Below, piece by piece: positions 54,098-62,233 of a DNA stretch of 64,000 nt; positions within the stretch are counted from its first letter, which is position 1, and each line of letters begins with the position of its first letter. Source of the stretch: Methanobacteriota archaeon (GTDB lineage: Archaea > Thermoplasmatota > Thermoplasmata > UBA10834); contig CP070732.1 in assembly GCA_020347565.1 (NCBI GenBank), positions 1,471,508 through 1,535,507 of the forward strand. The letters run 5' to 3'. The translations under genes and the position numbers were made by a program. The notes beneath the pieces are model-generated. The model was not told the origin of the DNA. It saw nothing but the letters and a program-made list of their open reading frames with translations, and did no database searches.

Positions 54098-55472
54098 GCG
54101 TTACCACATACCGCTGAAGAACGTCGCCGGTAGGGCTCCGCGGATACCCGAGTTCGAGATATCGAGGGCCGACAACTGCGTCAACTGTGGACGATGTGAG
54201 AGGGCGTGCATCTACGGAGTGCACGAGCGCTCCGGCACGGACCCGAGGGAGATGGCGGACCCCATCAACCGCTTCTGCAAGAACTGCTTCAGATGCATCG
54301 CTGAATGCCCCCAGGGAGCGCTGACTATGTCCGAGGGCGAGGAGTACGCATCGCTCGGACGGGGCGTATGGACCTCGAATAGAATGTCCACCATATGGGG
54401 CGAGGCGGAGACAGGCAAGATACCGGTGTTTGGGGCTGGCTACAGAGGCATGTTCGCGGGCGACGGCTACGACAGCATGTGGACCGACATGTCAGAGATA
54501 GTGCGGCCGACGAGAGACGGCATCCATGGTCGTGAGTTCATATCAACGAGCGCGGACATCGGCAGGATACCTTCGTTCTTGGAGTTCTTGCCATCGGGCG
54601 AGATAGCGACGAACATGCCCCCTCTGTTCGAGATACCGATCCCGATGGTGTTGGACGCGACGAGGACAAGCGTGCTTCCGGAGAACGTCGAGGATGGCAT
54701 CGCCATCGCTGCGAAGGCGCTCAGGACGCTGGTGTTCGTTCCGCTCGATCGGACATCGCGCGCCGCCCGTGAGGGGTGCGAGGGATGCGTCGTCCCCGTC
54801 GTGCCCGCACATACGGAGCCTTCATCTTTGAGGCTTCCAGACGGTGTGAGGATGGTGGAGGTGGTCGTCGACGGTTCTTGGAGAGATGAGATGGAGGCGT
54901 TGACGGCGACCTTCGAGGACAAAGTCGTATCCGTGCGCATCAGGGCGGAGAGAGGCGTCGAGGAGACGATCCTCGACATGCTGGACATGGGCGTTGCCGT
55001 GGCCAACGTCGAGTACTCGGACGACGGGATGGAGTACGGTGATGATGGCAGGCATGCCATGGAGTCCCTCCGCGCGATACACGCTAAGCTGGTTTCCGCG
55101 GCAAGGCGGGACGAGATGACCATCATGGCTGGTGGAGGCCTCGCCGCTGCTGAACACGTGCCGAAGAGCATCATATGCGGAGCGGACGTTGTCTGCCTCG
55201 ACAAGTCGCTCCTCATCGCGCTCGAATGCAGGAACTGCATCGACTGCGACCCGGTCTCGTGCCCGGTCGACGTATCGTCCGCCAGCCCGTCCTGGGTCTC
55301 GGACAGGATATCAAACCTCGTCGGCGCGTGGCGCGATCAGCTCCTCGAGGTCCTGGGCGCGATGGGACTCCGCGAGGCTAGACGTCTCAGAGGAGAATTC
55401 GGCCGCGCCATATTCTTCGAGGACCTCGAGAGAGACTTCACCTCATCGCTTGACGGAGGTGAGAGGACCTGA
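54078..55472 (+). CDS. Ferredoxin-domain protein fused to a diverged GltB-FMN-domain (TIM-barrel) paralog
   Basis: N-terminal CVNCGRCERACIYG and CKNCFRCIAECP. The body is colinear with the next gene (..IPVFGAGYRGM.., ..MAGGGLAAAEHVPKSIICGADVV.., ..ECRNCIDCDPVSCP..), but I cannot find the AQGAKPG and GG(Y)GGTGA motifs. Confidence 0.6.
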   Translation: MMTIAYERYHIPLKNVAGRAPRIPEFEISRADNCVNCGRCERACIYGVHERSGTDPREMADPINRFCKNCFRCIAECPQGALTMSEGEEYASLGRGVWTSNRMSTIWGEAETGKIPVFGAGYRGMFAGDGYDSMWTDMSEIVRPTRDGIHGREFISTSADIGRIPSFLEFLPSGEIATNMPPLFEIPIPMVLDATRTSVLPENVEDGIAIAAKALRTLVFVPLDRTSRAAREGCEGCVVPVVPAHTEPSSLRLPDGVRMVEVVVDGSWRDEMEALTATFEDKVVSVRIRAERGVEETILDMLDMGVAVANVEYSDDGMEYGDDGRHAMESLRAIHAKLVSAARRDEMTIMAGGGLAAAEHVPKSIICGADVVCLDKSLLIALECRNCIDCDPVSCPVDVSSASPSWVSDRISNLVGAWRDQLLEVLGAMGLREARRLRGEFGRAIFFEDLERDFTSSLDGGERT

Positions 55473-55543
55473 TTGACCAACAGCCTTCTTACGCCGAATC
55501 GTATCCCGAGGCCGCCCTGGATCCTTCTCAGCGTCTGAGATTC

Positions 55544-56980
55544 ATGAACAGGTTCAAGGTGGTCCGCGCGGACACCTGCATATCTTGCTGCTTGTGCGAG
55601 AGCCTGTGCCCCTACGGCGTCCACAGACGCGTAGAAGGGCACACGAGGATACTGCCTCCGGACGACAGGAAGTGCATAGGCCCGGCTTGCGAGGCCAACG
55701 ACTTCTTCTGCGTGGCCAACTGTCCGACCAACTCGCTATCATTGAGGGAGAGCGACAACTTCAAGAGCTTGGGCGACCCGCGCTGGACGGCGGACATGAT
55801 ACTCGCCACCTGGCATCAGGCCGAGACAGGAGCCCCGCTCCCCCTGGACCACCCAGCGAACGAAGGGCGGTCCGGCGGCGGCTTCGACGAGCTCCGCCTC
55901 GTCCTTCCCGAGAAGACGCCAAGGTATGACCCTGATGACATGTCGACCTCGATGGAGCTCAACAGGAGGGGCACGGGCGAGAGAATCAGGACGTCCGTGC
56001 CGTTTTACGGCGGCGGGATGTCGTTCGGCTCAATAAGCGTGCATACGATGCTCGCGAGGGTCGTAGCGGCGAGGAAGTGGGACACATTCGTCTCGACGGG
56101 CGAGGGCGGGTACCCGAAGCTGCTCGTGCCCTACAGTGACAGCATAATCACGCAGATCGCAACGGGACTCTTCGGCGTGCGCGAGGAGACCATCCAGCGC
56201 TCGCGCATCATCGAGTTCAAGTACGCCCAGGGTGCGAAGCCGGGGCTCGGCGGCCACCTGCTCGGTGACAAGAACACACCCGATGTTGCCAGGATGAGGG
56301 AGGCCGTGCCGTACACGAGCCTGTTCTCGCCTTTCCCTTTCCACAGCGTCTACTCCGTTGAGGACCACAAGAAGCATTTCGACTGGGCTCTGTCGATCAA
56401 CCCGAAGGCGCTCCTCTCGGCCAAGGTCTCCACGCCGAACGACGTCGAGATGGTGGCGGTCGGGAGCTACTACGCGGGGGCGCACATCGTGCACCTCGAC
56501 GGCGGCTACGGCGGGACCGGAGCGGCGCCGGAGATCGCGAAGAAGAACATCGCCATGCCGATAGAATACGCGATACCGAAGGTGCACAGGTTCCTGATGG
56601 CCGAGGGGATCAGGGACGAGGTCACGCTGGTCGCGAGCGGCGGCATCAGGACGGCGCTTGACGTGGCTAAGGCGATTGCGCTCGGGGCGGACGGCGTGGT
56701 GACTGGCACCTCTGAGCTCGTGGCGCTCGGATGCGTGAGGTGCGGCAACTGCGAGAGCGGCAGGGGCTGCCCCCGCGGCATCGCAACCACGGACCCGGAG
56801 CTGGAGCGGCAGAGCACCTCCGACTGGGGCTCCAGCATACTCGACAACCTCTACTCCTCGTGGAGGGCGCAGTGGTGTGAGCTGCTCGCGCGTCTTGAGA
56901 TGAGCGACATTTCCGAGCTCGTTGGACGCACGGACCTGCTGAGATACAGGCAGCGGCCAGCTAAGGAGGTGGGCGAGTGA
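55544..56980 (+). CDS. Ferredoxin-domain + glutamate synthase FMN-binding domain (GltB domain 2, archaeal split type)
   Basis: CISCCLCESLCPYG and CVANCP, then VPFYGGGMSFGS, EFKYAQGAKPGLGGHLLG, HLDGGYGGTGAAP, ASGGIRTALDVAKAIALGADGV, and 3Fe-4S-type GCVRCGNCESGRGCPRGIAT. Confidence 0.85.
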   Translation: MNRFKVVRADTCISCCLCESLCPYGVHRRVEGHTRILPPDDRKCIGPACEANDFFCVANCPTNSLSLRESDNFKSLGDPRWTADMILATWHQAETGAPLPLDHPANEGRSGGGFDELRLVLPEKTPRYDPDDMSTSMELNRRGTGERIRTSVPFYGGGMSFGSISVHTMLARVVAARKWDTFVSTGEGGYPKLLVPYSDSIITQIATGLFGVREETIQRSRIIEFKYAQGAKPGLGGHLLGDKNTPDVARMREAVPYTSLFSPFPFHSVYSVEDHKKHFDWALSINPKALLSAKVSTPNDVEMVAVGSYYAGAHIVHLDGGYGGTGAAPEIAKKNIAMPIEYAIPKVHRFLMAEGIRDEVTLVASGGIRTALDVAKAIALGADGVVTGTSELVALGCVRCGNCESGRGCPRGIATTDPELERQSTSDWGSSILDNLYSSWRAQWCELLARLEMSDISELVGRTDLLRYRQRPAKEVGE

Positions 56981-59610
56981 AGCGGACGGCGAAGCGCGTG
57001 ATAGAATCGCGTTCGTGGGTTGCCGACACCGTCCAGCGGCCCAAGACAGCATCGGCCGAAGCTGAGGGAGGATGCGGCGTCGTCGGCCTCGCATCCTCCG
57101 TCCCGATCGTTGGCAGGCACATCCTGTCACCACTCGCGCAGATGCACAACAGGGGGAACGGCAAGGGCGGAGGCATAGCTGTCGTAGGCTTGTCCCCGGA
57201 GCAGATGGGCGTGCCCAAGGAGATCCTGGATGATGACTATCTGTTGCAGGTTGCGTACCTCAAGCCGATCGCGAGGAGGCCCCTCGAGGACGAGATGATT
57301 CGGCCGTTCTTCGAAATACACGAAGAGTACGAGGTGGAGACGAGCACAGATGAAGCATTGCTCGCGAGGCTCGAGGTGAGGCCGCCGGCCGTGCGCCGCT
57401 ACTTCTGCCGTGTCAGGGAGGACGCGCTGGAGGCCTTCGTCAAGGAGAACGGCCTCGAGGACCTCGACCGAGCCAAGGCAGAGGACGAGTTCGTCTTCCA
57501 GAACAGCTTCAGGATCAACCACAGGTACTACGCCTCCGGGGACATGCAGGCGTTCGTGATGTCCCACGGCCGGAACATGTTCGTGCTGAAGATAGTTGGC
57601 TACGCGGAGGACGTCATCGCCTACTACCGACTCGAAGAGCTCAGGGCCCACATATGGATCGGACACCAGCGGTACCCGACCAAGGGCCGGGTCTGGCACC
57701 CGGGTGGAGCGCATCCCTTCGTCGGCCTCGATGAAGCGCTCGTCCACAACGGCGACTTCGCCAACTACCACTCCGTCACCGAATATCTCGCACAGCGGAA
57801 CATCGTGCCGCTATTCCTCACGGACACCGAGATATCCGTCCTGCTATTCGACCTGCTGAGCAGGACATACGAGTACCCTCTGGAATGCATCATCGAAGCG
57901 CTCGCTCCGACCACCGAGCGGGACTTCGAACTCCTGCCAGAGTACAGGAGGCGGAAGTACCGTGCGATCCAGGCGGTGCACATGCACGGCTCTCCGGACG
58001 GCCCCTGGTTCTTCATAATAGGCAAGAACGCCGTGCGGGAGCGGCGGCTGCAGCTCATGGGCATAACCGACACATCGATGCTCAGGCCGCAGGTGTTCGC
58101 CCTGGTGGACGGCGACGTGCAGATCGGCATCGTCGCTTCGGAGAAGCAGGCGGTCGACTCGGTGTTGGGAAGCATATCGGAGGAGATGCCGTCCGTGCCG
58201 CGATACGCCGACAAGTACTGGAATGCTAGGGGCGGCAGTCACAACTACGGAGGCGCGTTCGTCTTCAGCCTGTTCTCAGAGGAGGATGGTAGAGGACCGA
58301 TGCGACTCATTTGCACCAACAAGTTCGGCGAGGCCGTGTCCACACCTTACAGAGGATGGGACAGGGGCGAAGACGCCCGGCTCGCGCGGCCCGGGAGCGG
58401 CGCGGCCGGCGATGCGGCCTTCGTGGCCGACATCGCACACAGGAAGAACGCGGAGTCCTCGTTCAGGTCGTTCGCGTCTTCGCTAGCGAGCCGCCCCGGA
58501 GACGACATCAGCGCTCTGTTCTCGCGCGTTGTCTCGTACGCCTCGGAGAGCGACTCGCACAGGGTGGAGATGGTCCAGCTCCTCACACTGATGATAGATC
58601 GCGTGTACCCAACGGGCCGGTTGAGGCCGGCCAGGATCACCGGGCTGGCGACTGAAGCGCTCGAGGCCGTGCTGAGGTCCTCGCCGAGGGTCGAGGCCTG
58701 CAAGCGGTCGGCCCACCAGCTCGTGGACATCGCCAACAGGGAGGCGCTGCGCGCCCCCGACTCGCCCTACGACTCCTTGGTTGTCGACTGCAGGGACTTC
58801 CCGATGGAGGGCGAGGGCGGCGTCTCGTTCGTGATATCCAAGGCGAAGGCGCTCGGATGGAACCACGTGATCGCCTTCGCAACCAATGGGCACAGGTTCA
58901 TAGGATGCGGCCTCGGACCACGTAGCAATGGTTTTAGGATCGATGTGCATGGCAGCCCTGGCGACTACTTGGCGTCAGGTGTGGACGGCGCGGAGGTACG
59001 GGTCCACGGTAACGGCCAGGACCAGCTGGGACAGATATTCAGCGACGGCAGGCTCGTGGTATACGGCGACGTTGGCCAGACATTCCTCTATGGCGGAAAG
59101 GGCGGCGAGGCGTTCGTCATGGGCAGCGCTGCCGGGCGGCCGCTGATAAACGCCGTCGGCAGGCCAAAGGTCGTCATAAACGGCACATGCCTCGACTACC
59201 TCGCGGAGTCCTTCATGGCCGGCAACCCGCTGTACGGCGGGGGTTTCGCGATCGTGAACGGCATCGCCTTCGACGGGACTGGGAGGCTCGTGGAGCTTCC
59301 GGAGGCGTATCCAGGCGGCAACCTGTTCTCGCTCGCCTCAGGAGGCGCCATATACATTCGCGACCCCAGAGGACAGGTGGGCGAGGACCAGTTGAACGGG
59401 GGCAGGATTTCGCGGCTCACCGAGGCCGACTGGAACCTCATGCTACCCTACCTTCAGGAGAACGAGCGGCTGTTCGGCATATCCCTGAACGACTTCCTGC
59501 TGAAGGTGGATGGGGTGCGCAGACCGCCGGAGGAGATATACAGGAAGATCGAGGCTGTGCCGCTGATAACGCTCTCTGGTAAGACGCAGATGCAGGACCT
59601 GGGCGAATGA
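56977..59610 (+). CDS. Glutamate synthase amidotransferase domain (class II, Ntn) fused to the GXGXG domain (GltB domains 1 + 3)
   Basis: The GTG start overlaps the upstream stop as GTGA, with AAGGAGGTG 5 nt upstream. A 32-aa propeptide precedes CGVVGL.., then ..HNRGNGKGGGI.., ..IGHQRYPTKG..HPF..VHNGDFANY... The C-terminal beta-helix is ..DVHGSPGDYLASGVDGAEVRVHGNGQDQLGQIFSDGRLVVYGDVGQTFLYGGKGGEAFVMGSAAGRPL... Confidence 0.85.
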   Translation: MKRTAKRVIESRSWVADTVQRPKTASAEAEGGCGVVGLASSVPIVGRHILSPLAQMHNRGNGKGGGIAVVGLSPEQMGVPKEILDDDYLLQVAYLKPIARRPLEDEMIRPFFEIHEEYEVETSTDEALLARLEVRPPAVRRYFCRVREDALEAFVKENGLEDLDRAKAEDEFVFQNSFRINHRYYASGDMQAFVMSHGRNMFVLKIVGYAEDVIAYYRLEELRAHIWIGHQRYPTKGRVWHPGGAHPFVGLDEALVHNGDFANYHSVTEYLAQRNIVPLFLTDTEISVLLFDLLSRTYEYPLECIIEALAPTTERDFELLPEYRRRKYRAIQAVHMHGSPDGPWFFIIGKNAVRERRLQLMGITDTSMLRPQVFALVDGDVQIGIVASEKQAVDSVLGSISEEMPSVPRYADKYWNARGGSHNYGGAFVFSLFSEEDGRGPMRLICTNKFGEAVSTPYRGWDRGEDARLARPGSGAAGDAAFVADIAHRKNAESSFRSFASSLASRPGDDISALFSRVVSYASESDSHRVEMVQLLTLMIDRVYPTGRLRPARITGLATEALEAVLRSSPRVEACKRSAHQLVDIANREALRAPDSPYDSLVVDCRDFPMEGEGGVSFVISKAKALGWNHVIAFATNGHRFIGCGLGPRSNGFRIDVHGSPGDYLASGVDGAEVRVHGNGQDQLGQIFSDGRLVVYGDVGQTFLYGGKGGEAFVMGSAAGRPLINAVGRPKVVINGTCLDYLAESFMAGNPLYGGGFAIVNGIAFDGTGRLVELPEAYPGGNLFSLASGGAIYIRDPRGQVGEDQLNGGRISRLTEADWNLMLPYLQENERLFGISLNDFLLKVDGVRRPPEEIYRKIEAVPLITLSGKTQMQDLGE

Positions 59611-59715
59611 CGGATTTTCGACCCAGGGCGGACGCCTCTGGACGGGATTCGGAAAACGCCTCCCGCAGGCAACAGGCGTCGGAATAATGACGCGCGGTAT
59701 CGTACTGTCAGCAAG

Positions 59716-59724
59716 CTTAAATAT
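59716..59724 (+). promoter_or_regulatory. TATA-box-like element (CTTAAATAT) upstream of the NfnA/SudB-like gene
   Basis: It is A/T-rich, in the 198-nt gap after the GltB-type genes and ~90 nt upstream of ATG 59809. A second element, CCATATATC, is at 59763..59771. Confidence 0.35.
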
Positions 59725-59808
59725 GGTCTTAAAGATGCAACGCCCAGAGAAGGCTGAACGGCCCATATATCGGCCCTGGACCGGCCCTCTGGACGGGCCC
59801 GGGGCGGG

Positions 59809-60648
59809 ATGTGTGCGAACGTGTACGAGATAGTCAAGGCGGAGAAGCTCACGCCTGATGTCACGCGCCTGGAGATCGCCGCGCCTAACATAGCGAAGAA
59901 GGCGAAGGCGGGCCAGTTCGTCATGCTGACGGTGGATGAGCACGGCGAGAGGATACCGCTGACGATGGCGGACTTCTCTCCCGCAAAGGGAACGATCACG
60001 ATCGCAGCACTGGAGATCGGCAAGACGACGAGGAAGCTGGGCACCCTGAAGGTCGGGGATAGCCTGTTCAGCCTCGTGGGTCCGCTGGGCCTGCCTACGG
60101 AGCTGAAGAAGTACGGGACCGTCGTGTGCGTCGGCGGAGGCATAGGTCTTGCGCTGATGTACCCAGTGGTCCGGGCGCTCAAGGAGGCGGGGAACACCAT
60201 GATCTCCGTCATCGGCGCGAAGACGAAGGACCTGCTCATCTACGAGGATGAGATTGCGAAGGTCAGCGACGAGCTGCATTTCTGCACGTAAGACGGCTCG
60301 AAGGGCCATCATGGGTTCGTGAGCGATGTGCTGAAGAGGCTCATAGATGAGAAGAGGGAGATCGACGAGGTGTATGCCGTCGGGCCGATCATCATGATGA
60401 AGGTCATCGCGAACCTGACGAGGCCTTATCGCATACACACAGTCGTGAGCCTCAACCCGATAATGGTCGATGGCACCGGCATGTGCGGCTCCTGTCGCGT
60501 GATAGTCGACGGCAAGACGAAGTTCGGGTGTGTGGACGGCCCCGAATTCGACGGCCACAAGGTCGACTTCGAGAACCTGACGGCGAGGAACAGGCGGTAT
60601 CTGACGGAAGAGCAGATCGCGCTCAAGCGATTCACGGGGGCGAAGTAG
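59809..60648 (+). pseudogene. NfnA/SudB-like ferredoxin-NADP(+) reductase-type subunit (FAD/NAD(P) + [2Fe-2S]) interrupted by one in-frame TAA
   Basis: Track ORFs 59809..60291 and 60319..60648 are in the same frame. The joined translation ..DELHFCT*DGSKGHHGFVSDVLKRLIDEKREIDEVYAVGPIIMMKV..NPIMVDGTGMCGSCRVIVDG..FGCVDGPEF is colinear with P. furiosus SudB (..VIVTTNDGSYGMKGFTT..) as I recall it. The TAA (60289..60291) sits at the N/D of the T-(N/D)-D-G-S motif, inside the NAD(P) domain. Alternatives are read-through, a genuinely split gene, or an assembly error. Confidence 0.65.
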
Positions 60649-62115
60649 ATGGCTGAGGGGAAGAAGAAGAAGAAGACCAAGATAGTCCCGAAGAAGTACC
60701 CGATGCCGGAGCAGAACCCGAAGGAACGCGTGAAGAACTTCGACGAGGTGCCGCTCGGACAGGACGGGGAGACTGCCATACTGGAGGCGAAGCGCTGCCT
60801 CCAGTGCAAGCCAAGCCCGAACAGGAAGATATGCAAGGATGGCTGCCCCGTCGAGATAGACATACCCGCGTTCATCAAGCAGGTGCAGGAAGGAGACTTC
60901 GCGGGTGCGATGAAGACCGTTCGCGACAAGCAGAACCTGCCCGCGGTGTGCGGAAGGGTCTGCCCGTACGAGAACCAGTGCGAGGGGATGTGCGTCCTCG
61001 GCAAGAAGAACGAACCGGTGGGCATAGGGAGACTTGAGCGGTTCCTGGCTGACTGGGAGCGGAACGAACAGAAGCACGGGAAGATCGAGCTGCCGCCTCC
61101 GACTGGGAAGAAGGTCGCGGTCGTCGGCGGCGGCCCCGCCGGCCTCACGGTCGCGGGCGACCTGGCCAAGCAGGGGCACAAGGTCACGCTGTTCGAGGCG
61201 CTGCAGTACTCCGGTGGCGTGCTCGTGTACGGCATACCCGAGTTCAGGCTGCCGAAGGAGATCGTCAGGGCCGAGGTGGACTTCATAAGGAGGAGCGGGG
61301 TCGAGATGAGGAACGACCATGTGGTCGGCAAGCTCGACACCGTGGACGAACTGTTGCAGGAGTACGATGCCGTCTTCGTCGGCACGGGTGCGGGCCTGCC
61401 CAACTGGACGAACCTCGAGGGGGAGAACCTCAACGGCATACTGTCCGCGAACGAGTTCCTGACGCGAGTGAACCTCATGAAGGCTTTCAACTTCCCCGAG
61501 TACGACACGCCCATACGCGTCGGCAAGACCGTCGTGACACTCGGCGGCGGCAACGTCGCGATGGATTGCGCGAGGACGTCGCTCAGGCTCGGCGCCGAGG
61601 AATCGATCATCCTGTACAGGCGGTCCGATGCCGAGCTGCCCGCCAGGCGCGAGGAGGTGCACCACGCCAAGGAGGAGGGCGTCAGGTTCGAGCTGCTGGC
61701 CGCTCCGGTGAGGTACATAGGCGACGACGAGGGGAACGTCAAGCAGGTGGAGGCGGTGCGGATGAGGCTCGGAGAACCGGACGACTCCGGCAGGAGGAGG
61801 CCGATCAAGATCGAAGGGTCGAACTTCATCGTCGACTGCCAGACGGTTCTGATAGCCATCGGACAGAGCCCGAACCCGCTCGTGCCGATGACGACACCGG
61901 ACCTGAAGACGACCAAGTGGGGGACGATCGCCGTTGACGCCGAGGGCAGGACGTCGAAGAAGGGCGTGTTCGCCGGCGGGGATATATCCACCGGTGCCGC
62001 GACGGTGATTCTGGCGATGGGCGATGGCAAGCGCGCCGCGAAGGCGATGCACAAGTACCTAACCGAGGACGCGTCGTGGCCGGCCCCCGAGGTGTTCGAG
62101 AAGGCCGCATGCTGA
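60649..62115 (+). CDS. GltD/NfnB/SudA-like NAD(P)H-dependent flavin oxidoreductase (glutamate synthase small-subunit family)
   Basis: The ATG immediately follows the upstream TAG. N-terminal Fe-S Cys pattern (CLQCK..C..GCPV, CGRVCPYENQCEGMC), FAD fold VAVVGGGPAGLTVAGDLA, NAD(P) fold VVTLGGGNVAMDCART, and C-terminal VFAGGDISTGAATVILAMGDGKRAA. Confidence 0.85.
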   Translation: MAEGKKKKKTKIVPKKYPMPEQNPKERVKNFDEVPLGQDGETAILEAKRCLQCKPSPNRKICKDGCPVEIDIPAFIKQVQEGDFAGAMKTVRDKQNLPAVCGRVCPYENQCEGMCVLGKKNEPVGIGRLERFLADWERNEQKHGKIELPPPTGKKVAVVGGGPAGLTVAGDLAKQGHKVTLFEALQYSGGVLVYGIPEFRLPKEIVRAEVDFIRRSGVEMRNDHVVGKLDTVDELLQEYDAVFVGTGAGLPNWTNLEGENLNGILSANEFLTRVNLMKAFNFPEYDTPIRVGKTVVTLGGGNVAMDCARTSLRLGAEESIILYRRSDAELPARREEVHHAKEEGVRFELLAAPVRYIGDDEGNVKQVEAVRMRLGEPDDSGRRRPIKIEGSNFIVDCQTVLIAIGQSPNPLVPMTTPDLKTTKWGTIAVDAEGRTSKKGVFAGGDISTGAATVILAMGDGKRAAKAMHKYLTEDASWPAPEVFEKAAC

Positions 62116-62233
62116 GCATCGGCGGACGCGTAAACCCCTTCTCACAAACCGTTTCACGGGATATTCTGTTCGAACCGTAAAAGGTCCAGGTTCTTCGAGT
62201 ACAAAGGCGATGTGGCGAACAAAAGCCGCGTCG

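Noticed and set aside
59443-62052. 869-aa and 542-aa minus-strand ORFs across the Nfn/GltD-like genes
   Set aside because: Both are antisense to strongly motif-supported plus-strand genes. They are Arg/Pro/Ser-rich low-complexity translations with no domains.
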